Assembly: GCA_973895155.1 (NCBI GenBank)
Contig: OZ316896.1
Span: forward strand, 6,774,132 to 6,838,131
From: Marsupella aquatica
Taxonomy: Eukaryota; Plantae; Marchantiophyta
Length of the DNA: 64,000 nt
Direction of reading: 5' to 3'
Shown here: piece by piece, positions 1-12,798 of the stretch
Position numbering within the stretch: position 1 is the first letter of the stretch
Layout of the letters: every line of letters starts with the position of its first letter
The notes under the pieces: model-generated
What the model saw: the letters and a program-made list of their open reading frames with translations, nothing else
What the model was told of the DNA's origin: nothing
Database searches by the model: none
Made by a program: the position numbers and the translations under genes

Positions 1-180
1 CATAATGTGTTTGTGGTTTCATATGCTTGGCTTGTGGAATCAGTAGCAGCTGGGAAGCGTCAAAACCCAATGGACTATGATCTTTTTGAGGCCTGGCCAC
101 GGAAGGGTCAGGATCCTTACAGAGAGGACTATGAGACAACAAGTGAGGAATGGGTCATTAGCGATTCTGAATCAGAGTGA
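1..180 (+). CDS. 3' end of BRCT-domain cargo ORF (open in copy 1)
   Basis: Frame 1 reads HNVFVVSYAWLVESVAAGKRQNPMDYDLFEAW...SESE*; reverse complement of ~25901-26082; YAWLVES is the BRCT WxxxS helix. Confidence 0.8.
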   Translation, partial: HNVFVVSYAWLVESVAAGKRQNPMDYDLFEAWPRKGQDPYREDYETTSEEWVISDSESE

Positions 181-754
181 GGAGTAGTAGCATCAGTTTG
201 GACACAAGTTTTTTTGTATAAATCAGATCATTGAAATAAATGTGATCTTTGAACTAATGTACCTTGTTATGGTTGGTGGCAGTTGGGCTTATTTTACTGT
301 TGGCGGATTGTTGTTTCCTGCTGCCTGGGGGTGTCACTGTAAACGTACATGCAGAGGCGGTACATTTGAGGACAGCGGAGGAGGTGGTGACACCCTCCAA
401 CATTTAGAAATTTTGTGTCATTCACTTGACAATAGGTACACTACTTGCGAACCTGTTTTTTTCTTTTGGGGTGGTTTAGGGTTTGTGAGAATTTAGTACA
501 CGTTATGTTAACTCTTTTGGCAGATACAGTCAGGGATATATGGAACACAAATACCACCATTAGGCATCCTTGTTCACTGCTGTCCATGACTGCAGAGCTC
601 CCAGCCTGTTACAATGCACCCTGGTCACCACCCTCCCCAGACCCAGCCCAGGGCACAGGCACTGCCTTTGCATCATCCCACAAGGATATCACGCCATGAT
701 AATAAGCTTTGGCAGCGTGAAAGGTTACGAACCAGACTTTCAGGAGCCAGTAGG

Positions 755-3700
755 ATGAGATGTCCTTGTGCAATCTGCCAAGGATCCCGTACCAGGGGTC
801 TGAATGAGGTTTGGCGGCATATCGCGGTTCATGGAAGAGATCCACGACATCGAGTTTGGAATGATCCTGCAGAGGAAGATTCTTCCGACGAGGAGTGGAG
901 GTTAGAATTTGATGCTGCCAATGCTGCAAGACGGGCAAGTGAGGTTCTGCCTGGTGCATTTGAAAATGTTGTAGCTGGTCTCTGTGGGTTGTCAGCTCTC
1001 CAACGGGATGGTGCTCAGGCAGCACCACGTGACGAAGGAATTCATGTGGAAGAGATGGTGAGAGACATCTTCCAAGACTTGGATGCATTTCATGATGGGC
1101 TGGACAATGAAGAGGATACGGCTGCAGATGCAAGTGTGCCCCCTGTCGAAGAGCCTCTTGATGAGTTTGAGATAGGGCAGGAAACCCCTGGGCATGATGG
1201 GATGTTTGGCTCTCCCCTGCAAATACAGGAAGGCAGGAAGTCTTTGTACCCCGGTAGCAAATGTTCTAAACTGGGATTTGTCATCATGTTCCTGAACATT
1301 TGCGGCAACCACAATGTCCCCAACGTTTTGGTTTCTGAGTTGTTGGCATTCTTGCGAACAACTGTGCTACCAGATGGTAATATTTTGCCCAAGAACATGT
1401 ACGAGGCAAAAAGATGCATATCTAATCTTGGATTGAACTATGATTCGATCCATGCCTGTCCTGATGGGCATGTTCTTTTCAGAAAGGAGTATAAAGAATC
1501 GTTGACATGCCCTAAGTGTGGGAAGCACAGGTATCGGAACTCAGGAAAGTCTATGGTTCCCGCCAAGGTACTTCGTCATTTTCCACTCATTCCCAGACTT
1601 CAGCGGATGTTCAGAAGCCGTGCCATCTCGGAGATGATGACTTGGGCAACTGACAAGAAAAGTGATGATGGGCTACAACGACATGCTGCAGATTCAAGGC
1701 AATGGAAACTCATAGATGAGATGTATCCCGAATTTGCTGCTGAGCCGAGGAATGTCAGACTTGGGCTGTCATTGGATGGGGTAAACCCATTTGGAGACAA
1801 GAACAACAAATTTTCATGCTGGCCTGTAACTATTTTGAATTATAACCTTCCTCCTTGGATGACTACAAAGCGATTTTTTGTTCTGATGGTCCTACTGATA
1901 CCAGGGCCAGACAGTGCTGTATCTGCCAACATAGATGTGTTTCTGGCTCCCCTAGTGGAGGAATTGAGAAAGCTTTGGGAGGAAGGAGTTCTCACATATG
2001 ATGTCCTACAGAGGCTTGGGAGGTTAAACCCATTCATCCTTAGAGCCATTGTCATTCTGACTATAGCTGACTACCCAGCCCATGGGATGATATCAGGCCA
2101 AACAACAAAAGGATATTGTGCTTGTACTATCTGTGGGCGCAATGTCACCAGTGAGTACTCCAGAGCCCTGCAGAAAGTGATATACATGGGCCATCGTCGT
2201 TTTCTGAAGACAGATCACCCTTACAGAGAAAGACAGGCACTGATTGCACACTTTGGCAATGAGATTGAGCAACGTGGACCCCCGGCACGAGTGACCAAAG
2301 AGGAGATCAGGCAGTGGGGAGCACTGAGGGATGACTATATCAAACGAGGGGGCAGGGAAGATGGAGTGAGTGATCCAATAAAGCGATATGGTGTAAAAAG
2401 ACTGAGCATATTGGACTTGGAGCTCAAGTACTGGAGGGTAAGCCTCTTGGAGTTGATGCTAATTGGGATACATGTTTTGGTTCAGAGCATGTGCATTCAT
2501 TTCGAAGAGAGAGACTAAACTTGAGGCATTTCCTGACGCTTTTGCATTGCAACGATGCAGGAGTTTGAGCCAAGCAAACATAACATTGATGTTATGCACA
2601 TTGAAAAGAATATTTGTGAGAGTCTACTCAGATTCTTGTGTGGAGAGAAAGACACTGGTTCAGTGAGATTGGATCTTGAACAGAGGGGAATGAAACCCCA
2701 TCTTTGGTTGAGGCCACATGCCCACAGAGCTGATGTGCTCTTGAAGTACCAAGCGCCCTATGTTCTGACAGACACAGAGTGGGAACTATTTGTGCAGAGG
2801 TTGAGTTCTTTGAAGGTTCCTTCAAACTATGGCAGTGCTTTCAAGAAGCATATCATGACTAGAAAGCTTGGTAGTATGAAAAGCCATGACTACCATATGT
2901 TGATGCAACAGGTGTTGCCTTTATGCCTGAGGGGCCTGTTGCAGAAGCCTGTTCGTACTGTGATCATGCGACTCAGTGATGTGTTTCGTCGTATTTGTGT
3001 GAAGGTTTGGGATGAAACACACTTCCCACAACTGACAGAAGATGTCGCTCAGGTGCTGTGTGACCTGGAGATTTATTTTCCTCCCGCATTTTTTGATGTC
3101 ATGACCCACCTACTTGTCCATGTTGTGGAAGAGCTACACCAATTTGGGCCTGTGAGTGCTCGTTGGTTGTACCCTTTGGAACGGTACATGAAGCTACTCA
3201 AAGGTCACGTGAGAACATATTACAAACCTGAAGCAAGCATGGCTAAAGGTTACATCAAGGATGAGACTCTGGGATTTCTGACCGAATACATAGCACAATA
3301 TGAGCATGTGAAGACCAGGGTGTGGAATTCTGATGAGGAGGAAGGGGTGGTAGGTGAAGTACTGGAAGGGGCTGCAACCACAAAGAACCTGACCATATCT
3401 ATGAGAGACTTGGCACATGACTTTGTATTGCACAACACTGTGGTGATGGAACCCTGGATACAGTGAGTGCATACATGTGCTATAATCCAGTTCATGAGCT
3501 TAAATGTTGTGTTCGTGTGGTTTTCTCCTTCAGCCTGTTCATGTTTACCCAAGCTAATGCTGTGTGGTTGTTCGTTCAGGGAGTATGAGTCATTGAAGGC
3601 GGCCCATCCCACTGCAGGAACAACTTTTCCAGGTTTCATGGAGTGGATCAGAGTGGCAATTAGAGAGCATCACGAGACCCACCCAGACATGGATGCAGAT

Positions 3701-4345
3701 GTTTACCTACTGTCTAATGCCCCTAGCCTGAAAGTGAAGACTTACAAACGGATGAGAGCATATGGGAATCACTTCCGAGTGAAGGATGGTGACAGTGCCT
3801 ACAGGGTGACGAATGACTGCGGGCTCATCACTGTATTTGAGCAACAGAGCCACAATCACGACAGGGCCTGGATGGAGATGGGATATGTGGGAGAATTAGT
3901 TGACATATGGGCTCTGGACTATGGGGCGGTGTCCAGTCCTGTGATTCTTATGAAAGGTTCATGGGTGCGGCAGGATTGGCTTGGTAACAGGGCTACCATG
4001 AAGAGAGACAACGACGGTTTCTTGCTGGCCAATTTCAGAGGGAAATTGCCCGAATGGTCTGAGCCATTTGTGTTTCCTAGTCAGGTGGAGCAAGCTTTCT
4101 TCCTGGATGTGGAAGACTCCCCAGGTTGGTGTGTAGTGTGTCATAAACAGGCCAGGCAACGCCGGATGGAAGGATCAAACCTTGAGTTTCATTTACACTC
4201 TCATAGTGCCTTTGATCGTCGGCGTTCAGACCAAGTGCCTGTAGTTCATGATAGCGGGGACTTCATTCCTGTGACAAGGGTAGATGCATTTGCTGAAGGA
4301 GGCGAATTCAGAGATGCAGATGCCAACAGTGTGCCTGTGCCATGA
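755..4345 (+). CDS. CACTA transposase (TnpD/Tnp2: Transposase_21, DUF4218, DUF4216), join(755..2437,2561..3462,3580..4345), 1116 aa
   Basis: Motifs MRCPCAIC, IHACPDGH, LRHFPLIPRLQRMF, EPRNVRLGLSLDGVNPF, HNIDVMHIEKN, MKSHDYH, FPPAFFDVMTHL, WLYPLERYM, EPFVFPSQVEQ; GT-AG introns 2438-2560 and 3463-3579 restore one uninterrupted frame. Confidence 0.93.
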
Positions 4346-4501
4346 GTAATGTGAATTGTTTGCATAGACATTAGTGAGGGGAAGGATGTGTAATAAAGTA
4401 ATTCTGAAGCAACACAGATGTATGGATGGATGCCTGGTGATTGTGGTTGCATTGTGTTATACGGGGTGACCATAGATGACATGTTTTTGTGGTCCAGTAG
4501 G

Positions 4502-7500
4502 ATGGAACAGAGTGACACAGAGATGTGTGAGTATGAAAGGAAAGCTATGGAACAACGAGCATACGTGAAAGCCAAAATCGCAGAACTGGATCTGGAAAAG
4601 GATGTGGCTGAATTGTAAGGGAACGATTCTCAACTACACCCCTCCGCTGAGTTTGTGTGACATGAATAGTTCAATGTGGCACTGAAATTGTGACTGTATT
4701 CTCATATTGGAATGTCGCAGAGCCACAGCATTTTCAAAGAAACAAAAGGAGTACGCAAGAAGGGTGACCAGCACTATCTCTGGGCCTGTGCGTCGGAGTG
4801 ACAGGTTGAGCAAGAAGGTCGTACCTACAATGGCAGAATGTGGAGATGACATTGATGCTGCACAGGTGGGTGCAGACACTAGACAAGAAGATGCAGATGA
4901 TGAGTATTTTCCAGAGGAAATGGATGAGGATGGGGGTTATGAAGATGAATACATTGCAGAGCAGCCCCAAAAGAAACATGTAAGTAGTTTTCCCAACAAG
5001 GTTTTGAGTTAAAAACTCTTGTTTAGAGGTTTCATATGTTCAGTACTACACATATGTACCTTGCTTAGTTCCTGACATTGTAGTTGGTGATGTGATGCAG
5101 CGTCCTGCCAGTTCTGTTTTGCCTTCGAAGCCTGTGCATGCACCATACCAGCAGGGGGGGCTGACCTCTGATCAAGGTTGGCGAGGTGGTAGTAGTGGTA
5201 GATCCCAGGCTGGTGCCCAATACTATGGCAGGGGGCAAGCTCTAGGTTATGCCCGTGGTAGAGGCAGAGCAGGTCCAAACCCACAATCTCGTGGGTATGG
5301 ACGTCCACCTCAACCGTGGGGATGTGAGTATATATCTATATGCCAGTTCTTTGTGAAGGCATGGCACTCCTGAATTTCAGACTGCATATCAATTTTTGAC
5401 ATTGTTTGGGATGTATTGGATTCAGACAACATGAAATTCTGTCCACCTGCCATTGCATGCAGATTCTGCCCAACCTGATTGGGCAAATGCTAGTAATGAT
5501 CAGTTCCAATGTCCACAAGGACAGACATGGGTTGAACCAGGTTGGGAGGATGGTGGTGGGTCGTGGAATGAACAAGGTTGGGAAGGTGGTGAAGGTAATT
5601 GGCAGGGATATCAAAATTCAGTACCTACAAACGCTGGAAGAGGAGCAGGTAATGTCTGATCTTGTCAGCAATGGAAGAACTCATTATATGTGGAGTCCAT
5701 TCACGTGGGGGGGACTCTGCACATGTATAATGATAGAAAATGTATGTGTGCAGGTTGGACAGTCGAACCATCGACTCAAGTATTCACTAATGCCCCTATG
5801 CAGATGCAGCACGGAAGGGGGACAGGTATGTCGGTGAATGTTCAGTTGTTTTCCTACAGTTTGTACTTAGTTTTCAGTACATATGTTTGCACACACATAC
5901 CTAGAAAGTGACATCATCCGGCCCCTGTACTAGGCTGGACAGGTGGTCCAGGGTCGCAACAATTTCAGAGTGCAGTCCCTGCACAGGCATCTACAGGCAG
6001 AGCTACAGGTATGTATGTTTGAAGAATTTTTCTTGAAGTGAAGCATTGAATGTTGCCGTCATCCATTCTGCTATATGTAGTTCTCAAGCATGAATGGCAT
6101 TGTATTTTCCCAGGTGGCTTCAGAACCCCAGGTAGGGTGAATGAAGGGGTGGCCAATACAACGCCCAGTACTACCGAGAGCAGTGCACGAGGGGAGGTGA
6201 CAAAGAAAGGGAACGTAAAGTTGAATGAGAGACAATGGGTGGATGCTGAGTGTCCTCGCAAGAACCGATGGCATGCTGATTTGAAAGCTGAAGTATTGCG
6301 TTGGTTAGATGTGAGTGTTATTAATTTTAAAAAACAGCATCCAAAAGATTGGAAGACTGTATGTGAAAATGTTGCTGCCAAATGGAATTATGTGGGCAGT
6401 GATGATGGCGTGGACATAGGTTGCCTAGAGAGTACAGCAGGTAAAATTATCAAGCAAGAGAGGTGGAGAATGCATAAGGCTTGGAAGGAAGGTGGGGAGA
6501 AGCCAGATATGCCTCCACCAGCCAGTTGTGATGATAAAGTGTGGGCAAGGTTAGTAGCTTATTTTGTAACAGATGCTTCAAAAAAGAAGAGTTCACAGAT
6601 GACCGAGGCCAGGTTGAGTGTTCAGAACCCTAATCTGACAGGAAGGACCGGCACTGCACCGACAGCTAAACGTTTGGTAAGAATGAATGGCCTAGCTATG
6701 TAATTTATGCTACACTATGTACTATTTTTTAGTGTACTGTCCCTACATGTAAACTTTGTTTTTTAGTGTACGTTCCCTGAATATTGATCGATAACTTGTG
6801 TTTGCCATGCATGTGCAGAAAGCCCAATTGGGGCAAAGCCCTTCAAAAGAAGAGTTGAGGGCTGAAATTGTGAACACCCGGGCTCAAGAGGGTGCATCTG
6901 AATCCTCCAAGCATGTAAGTTATATGAGTTCTGATTGGTAATTGAATGACCTGCGTTGAATTTCAGGTGTACACTGTATATAACATTGATTGTGCATATA
7001 TTGCCCAACATTTCATATGGAGTGATTGAACCTATACCCCTGTGTCATGTAGGGAGGTGGATCTTCACTTACAGAGATAAGTGGTCGTTTGAAGGCTGTC
7101 GAAACATGTCTTCCAGAGATCAATGAACGTTTGAATTCATTGACTGACTTGTTCCATGTGAACTTCAAGACATTAATGGAAGCTGTTGTGTCGGTGAGAG
7201 ATAAAATTGATTCCAATTCTGCAGGAGTTCCACCATCACCACTTGAGGTGGCAAAGTCGATGCACTCTTCTGGCATGCCAACGACATGTAGGCTTGAAGG
7301 TAAGGCCTTTACAACTGTGTGGGATATGATTATTAAATGTATAGTTTGAATTGACATTGTTTGTTGAATGTGTTATTTTCAGTAACATATATTGTGGTTG
7401 TTGTGTCCATAGAGAATAAGACAGGTGCTACAGAGAAGAAGTATGAGAACCTGGCAAATACTCGCTGTAATTTAGAGGCAACAAAGTTGCAGTCTGTACA

Positions 7501-8209
7501 AGCAACTTGTTTGACAGAGGGCAGTCAACCATGTTTGGATGAGGATGACATTGGCAAGGGAGTGGATGATATCAATGTTGGGGCAAATGAGGATATCAGC
7601 AAGCATGACAATGATACCATTGAGCCAGATTCATGCTATGTAGATCTTGACTCCATTGCAGAGATAAATGATTTGCAGAATGTATCATTCTCAATGACAG
7701 GTGTGCCTCTTGTTGAGATAAATCCAACCAAAGAGTTAGTTGGTATGACACTCCCAGGTGATGAACCTGCTACTGTGACAGTCCTAACAGAGGAACCTAC
7801 TGAGCCTAGCTTCACTACTGTGAAGAGAGGAAGCATGCGCACACGAAGCAAGTCTGCTGGTGGGAGCAGAGCCACGTCAAAGGTTTCATACAAACCTCCA
7901 AGAACAGTGCTGGCAGAAAGATCTAAGGTGGAAGTGGGGAAAGCACCTAATGCTGAGGGACAAAGTGGCTTGTTAGCTGTTGATGAGAGTGGAACACGAG
8001 TAGGATTTGCCAGAGTGCAGGTTGGTTCCACAACGTTCCATGGCAAGAGGATTCCCCCAGGTTATTCAGTAGTGTTAGTCACATTACTAGTGAAACCTAA
8101 AGCTGTCCTTCCCATTCCAAACACAAATGATGATCCTCCTCAAAAGACACTTGGAGATGCTGCAGGTTCTTTGGTATTATGGCCAAGCAAGTTCATAGAG
8201 GATCCATAA
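4502..8209 (+). CDS. Multi-exon TnpA/Ptta-like second CACTA gene (exon limits approximate)
   Basis: Exon-like ORFs 4502-4615, 4716-4979, 5100-5325, 5460-5648, 6114-6676 (DDKVWARLVAYF...ARLSVQNPNLTGRTG, Transposase_24-like) and 7361-8209 ending HGKRIPPGYSVVLV...LPIP...TLGDAAGSLVLWP, the typical TnpA C-terminus. Confidence 0.75.
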
Positions 8210-8699
8210 CAATGTCATGCCATTATTTGTTTGTAGTGTGAGTCATGTTATGTAGATTTTAGATGTCAAGAAACAGTACAAGAATCATGTCCTCTTGGAG
8301 ATTCATAGTATCATGCATGTGCTTTCAGTTATCTCATCCTACAGTCATCAATTATGAGTTCCTGTTTTGTCTAAATTACATTGATCACATTGTAAACTAT
8401 TCCATTGGAATTCAAATGATCTTCATTTTTTAGCAAGATTGTGATTGTGTTTAATTCTTATGAATGTTTTATGTAGGATCTGCTTATATGATGCTTTGTT
8501 TCATGTGGATGTCATTCATGCTATGTTCATTTCTTGTATTCAATGTGTTATATTTCTAAAGTTAGAACATCAGGTTTCTATGTATTGTAATGTCGAGTGC
8601 TCTCTCTTCTTATGAACTGTCCCTCTGTGTTCATTAGTCATGGTTATAACTTGCATGTGATCCTTATTAGTTATAAACATGAGTATATAGAGTCCCAAA

Positions 8700-9064
8700 T
8701 GGTTCTGTTGTGTGACGCGGGCCAGGGTCTCCATTGGTCTCTCCTGTGACACTAAATAGTCACACGCTAGTCGTTGTTGAATGCGGGTAAGTCATGTATG
8801 TGATTTACGATGTGACTCGCTGAAGTCATATTGCAGTCACGTCGAAACAAGGCTAGACTCCACAATAAAGTCACAGATCAGTCACAAATGGGTATCAAGC
8901 AAGTTGCAAAGCCCAGTATCAATAGTGACTTCCATTTTTTGGTCTCAACTTTTGCAACTCCAAGGGTCACAGCGTGGGTCAAGTCACGTTGAGTCACAAT
9001 GAAGTCACATGAGCCAAAATGAGTCATATATTGCGGTCTCAGTTCACCTCGGATTCTTCTAGTG
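8700..9064 (+). repeat. CACTA 3' subterminal repeats and TIR (9054-9064)
   Basis: Dense GTCAC/GAGTCA/TGAC motifs in both orientations; terminal 11 bp ttcttctagtg identical to terminus at 33846-33856. Confidence 0.8.
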
Positions 9065-9979
9065 CAGGGTATGGAGAAGATGTTCAAAGTTGGCTTTGAA
9101 GATGACTTCTCTATCAGGGTCTAGAAACAGAGGTTTGGGTACTGGATTTCTATGCACTTTGTTTGGGATTGTGGTCAGGTCAAGATGGAACAACAAAGGC
9201 AAGTGTGAAGACTTTGGTTGTTGATCAAGTATTTGAAAGTCAACCACTCTAGTGGCAGAGGTAGGTGTGGCAAGAAGGTAATCAATGGTACTACATCCTT
9301 GTTTAGATCTAAAAGTGTAACCAGATGATTGGGGAAATCTCTCAAGCCTATTCAATATTCTTAGATTACAAGAAGCTCCCAAATGCAAAAAGTGACGTGT
9401 CATGTCATTTGTTCTGGTGTCAAGAGCCTCTCTCACCCAAGGTAGCTCTTCACTACATGATGACCAAGGTAAAGTTCCTAAGTCCTCACTTTCAGTAAAT
9501 TGTTCATTAGATACCCTGGCATTAAAGTCCCCCACTATCCATGTCTCCCCTAGTGGTGATATATCATGAATGACTTGGATTAACCTATGAAATGGATAAT
9601 GTGCATCAGCAATTCCCATCTTATAGACATTCATATTAAGGGGAGCAAAGTAGGTGACAATCAGAAATGATGGAGTACCTCTGGTATGAAGTCTCACCAC
9701 CATGAACTGCTTGCTGGGATCTTCATGCTCAATAGAGGTGATGTGTTGAAGTTGATTCTTGGTGTAGACAGCAATGCCTCCAAACCCTCTTCCCCGTGTG
9801 GTCTTCTTCTCATTGAAGATGGATTGTATGCAAGTAAAGCCTTTAATGCTAGGTAGAGCATTTCCCTCATATTCCCAAGTCTCCGTGAAAAGCAAGATGT
9901 CAAAATTCTCAAACAAAGGTTCCCCTCCAATTGCTGTTTCTATGGAAAGTCCTGAAACATTCCATGCCATGACTCTCAA
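9065..9979 (-). CDS. LINE ORF2 apurinic-like endonuclease domain (truncated)
   Basis: MRVMAWNVSGL, DILLFTETW, GGIAVY, IVGDFNAR, STIDYLL, SSHLPL motifs. Confidence 0.93.
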
Positions 9980-9991
9980 GGTCCCGATCCA

Positions 9992-10762
9992 TCATTTAGA
10001 AACAACTCTCTTCTTATTGGTAACAACAGCTTGTCCATTGCGCAAGTAGGCTACCAATCCTTGGTCTTTGGCTACCCTCACCTTCTCAAGCTCAATTTTC
10101 CTTGCTTGGACTTGTGTGGGAGTCAGATCATCATCCAACCAAATCCTTAGCCCTTTAAGCATGCTCCTGTTAGTCATCACTCTAGCTTTCTCGGATTCAG
10201 CTGCAAACTTCACCAAGATTGGACGTGGAAGGTCCCCCTTCTTTTGCCCAATCCTATATGCTTGCAAAATGATAGGGTCATGCACTTTCATCTGAGATTG
10301 GAAGAATGAAATTGCTACCTTCTTGGTGTCTTCCTTCTCCTCCTCAACAAGGCCTGATATTTTGCAGTTGCTGACTCTTGCATGCTGGTTCTTGTGTTCT
10401 TCCTCTGGTGCTCTCCTCTCCTCCTCCTTGGCTTGGACAAATTCCATATGTGATTGTTTTGCAGCCTGTGCAAAGGTTTTGAGCTTTTCCTCAATCTCCC
10501 CTACAGCCTCATGTATCACTGATTTCTCTGGGCACATACTCTTCTCCATGTCTCCAAAACACGATGCAAGCAATGAGAGTTGCTTACCATTCTCCTGAGT
10601 TTGAGATCGAAGATCACTAATCAACCTCTTTTGCTTGACATTCTCATTCTTTAGCTCCGTCACCTCCTTGCTGAGTGTGGTAATCTCAATTGCGGAGTTT
10701 TCAACCACAACTAAGATTTTCTCAAGCAAAGCCTTGAGATGGGCAATCTCCTCCGTTGCCAT
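9992..10762 (-). CDS. LINE ORF1 (coiled coil + RRM-like)
   Basis: Heptad-rich N-terminus; NCKISGLVEE, YRIG...PRPILVKF, IWLDDDLT motifs typical of LINE ORF1 proteins. Confidence 0.85.
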   Translation of the reverse strand: MATEEIAHLKALLEKILVVVENSAIEITTLSKEVTELKNENVKQKRLISDLRSQTQENGKQLSLLASCFGDMEKSMCPEKSVIHEAVGEIEEKLKTFAQAAKQSHMEFVQAKEEERRAPEEEHKNQHARVSNCKISGLVEEEKEDTKKVAISFFQSQMKVHDPIILQAYRIGQKKGDLPRPILVKFAAESEKARVMTNRSMLKGLRIWLDDDLTPTQVQARKIELEKVRVAKDQGLVAYLRNGQAVVTNKKRVVSK

Positions 10763-10824
10763 CACAAAGCTGAAACTGTTGTTAGAATGTACTCTTATAC
10801 GACAAATAGAAATTGGGAGCAGTA

Positions 10825-11430
10825 GAGGATGTCAATTGCAACTCTACCTTTGCCAGTGATACACTCTCGCTGTTTGCAACACTCTGGCAAAGTCTGAGCT
10901 CAAACCGCAGCCGATTTCCCTTCCAACTCGAAGTGAAATTTTGCCCCAAGCTCAGAATCCCAAAACTGGACACGTAGCAGATCGTGCATGCTAAAGTGCA
11001 TACCAAACGATGTCGGTTGCAGCTCTAACTTTGCCAGTGATACATTCTCGCTGTTTCCAATGCTCTGGCAAAGTCTGAGCTTAAACCGCAGCCGATTTCC
11101 CTTCCAACTCGAAGTGAAATTTCGCCCCAAGCTCAGAATTGCGAAACTGGAGACGTAACAGATTGTGCATGCTAAAGTGCATATCAAACGATGTCGGTTA
11201 CAGCTCTAACTTTGCCAGTGATACATTCTTGCTGTTTCCAATGCTCTGGCAAAATCTGAGCTCAAACCGCAACCGATTGCCCTTCCAACTCGAAGTGAAA
11301 TTTTGCCCCAAGCTCAGAATCGCGAAACTGGAGACGTAGCAGATCGCGCATGCTAAAGAGCATACCAAACGATGTCAGTTGCAGCTCTAACTTTGCCAGT
11401 GATACATTCTTGCTGTTTCCAATGCTCTGT
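10825..11430 (-). repeat. About 3.3 tandem 181-bp monomers in the LINE 5' UTR
   Basis: tgccagtgataca recurs at 10851, 11032, 11213, 11394. Confidence 0.92.
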
Positions 11431-11472
11431 TTCCAATGCTCTGGCAACTTGAGTCGATGGTTTCCAATGCTC

Positions 11473-12760
11473 TGAATACTTGAGTCGATGGTTCGACTGT
11501 CCAACCTGCACACATACATTTTCTACCATTATACATGTGTAGAATCCCCCCACATGAATGGACTCCAGATATAATGAGTTCTTCCATTGCTGACAAGATC
11601 AGACATTACCTGCCCCTCTTCCAGCGTTCGTAGGTACTCTATTTTGAAATCCCTGCCCATTACCTTCACCACCTTCCCAACCTTGTTCATTCCACGACCC
11701 ACCATCATCCTCCCAACCTGGTTCAACCCATGTCTGTCCTTGTGAACATTGAAACTGATCATTACCAGCATTTGCCCAATCAGGTTGGGCAGAATCTGCA
11801 TGCAATGGCAGGTGGACAGAATTTCATGTTGTATGAATCCAATACATCCAAAACAATGTCAAAAATTGATATGCAGTCTGAAATTCTTAAGTGCCATGCC
11901 TTGACAAAAACTGGCATATAGATATATACTCACATCCCCATGGTTGAGGTGGACGTCCATACCCACGAGACTGTGGGTTTGGACCTGCACTGTCTCTACC
12001 ACAGGCATAACCTTGACCTTGCCCTCTGCCATAGTATTGGGCACCAACCTGGGATCTACCACTACTACCACCTTGCCAACTTTGATTAGAGGTCAGCCCC
12101 CCTGCTGGTATGGTGCATGCACAAGCATTGCAGGCAAAACAAACTGACAGGACGCTACATCACATCACCAACTACAATGTCACAAACTAAGCAAGGTACA
12201 TATGTGTAGTACTAAACATATCAAACCTCTAAACAAGAGAGTTTAACTCATAACCTTGTCGGGAAAACTACTTACGTGTTTCTTTTGGGGCTGCTCTGCA
12301 ATGTATTCATCTTCATAATCCCCATCCTCATCCATTTTCTCTGGAAAATACTCATCATCTGCATCTTCTTGTCTAGTGTCTGCACCCACCTGTACAGCAT
12401 CCATGTCATCTCCACATTTTTCCATTGTAGGTACGACCTTCTTGCTTAACCTTTCACTCCAATGCACAGGCCCAGAGATAGTGCTAGTCACCCTCCTTGC
12501 ATACTCTTTTTGTTTCTTTGAAAGTTTTGTGGCTCTGCGACATTCCAATATGAAAATACAGTCATAATTTCAGTGCCACATTGAACTATTCATGTCACAC
12601 AAACTCAGCGGAGGATTGTGGTTGAGAATTGTTCCCTTACAATTCAGCCACATCCTTTTTCAGTCCCAGTTTTGCGATTTTGGCTTTCACGTATGCTCGA
12701 TGTTCCATAGCTTTCCTTTCATACTCACACATCTCTGTGTCACTCTCTTCCATCTAACTG
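11473..12760 (-). pseudogene. 5' exons of TnpA-like gene, copy 2
   Basis: Reverse-complement match to 4495-5786 (e.g. ORF 12243-12548 vs 4707-5012). Confidence 0.85.
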
Positions 12761-12798
12761 GACCACAAAAACATGTCATCTATGGTCACCCTGTATAA

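Larger units (their letters stand above)
1..9064 (+). mobile_element. CACTA (EnSpm) DNA transposon, copy 1; 5' part lies left of the window
   Basis: TnpD-type and TnpA-type genes followed by subterminal repeats and terminus ...ggattcttcTAGTG at 9064 (rev. comp. CACTAGAAGAATCC) that interrupts a LINE ORF2. Confidence 0.92.
9065..11435 (-). mobile_element. LINE, 5' half (monomeric 5' UTR, ORF1, start of ORF2) cut by CACTA copy 1
   Basis: ORF1 and APE ORF2 12 bp apart on - strand, preceded by tandem monomers; ORF2 stops at the CACTA terminus. Confidence 0.9.

Noticed and set aside
474-485. Single telomere-like motif (also 24882, ~28613, ~33591)
   Set aside because: One or degenerate units, the first present in both CACTA copies as ordinary element sequence; not junction-associated
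614-754. N-terminal extension of the transposase ORF
   Set aside because: Recognisable homology starts at MRCPC (755); the extension is unsupported
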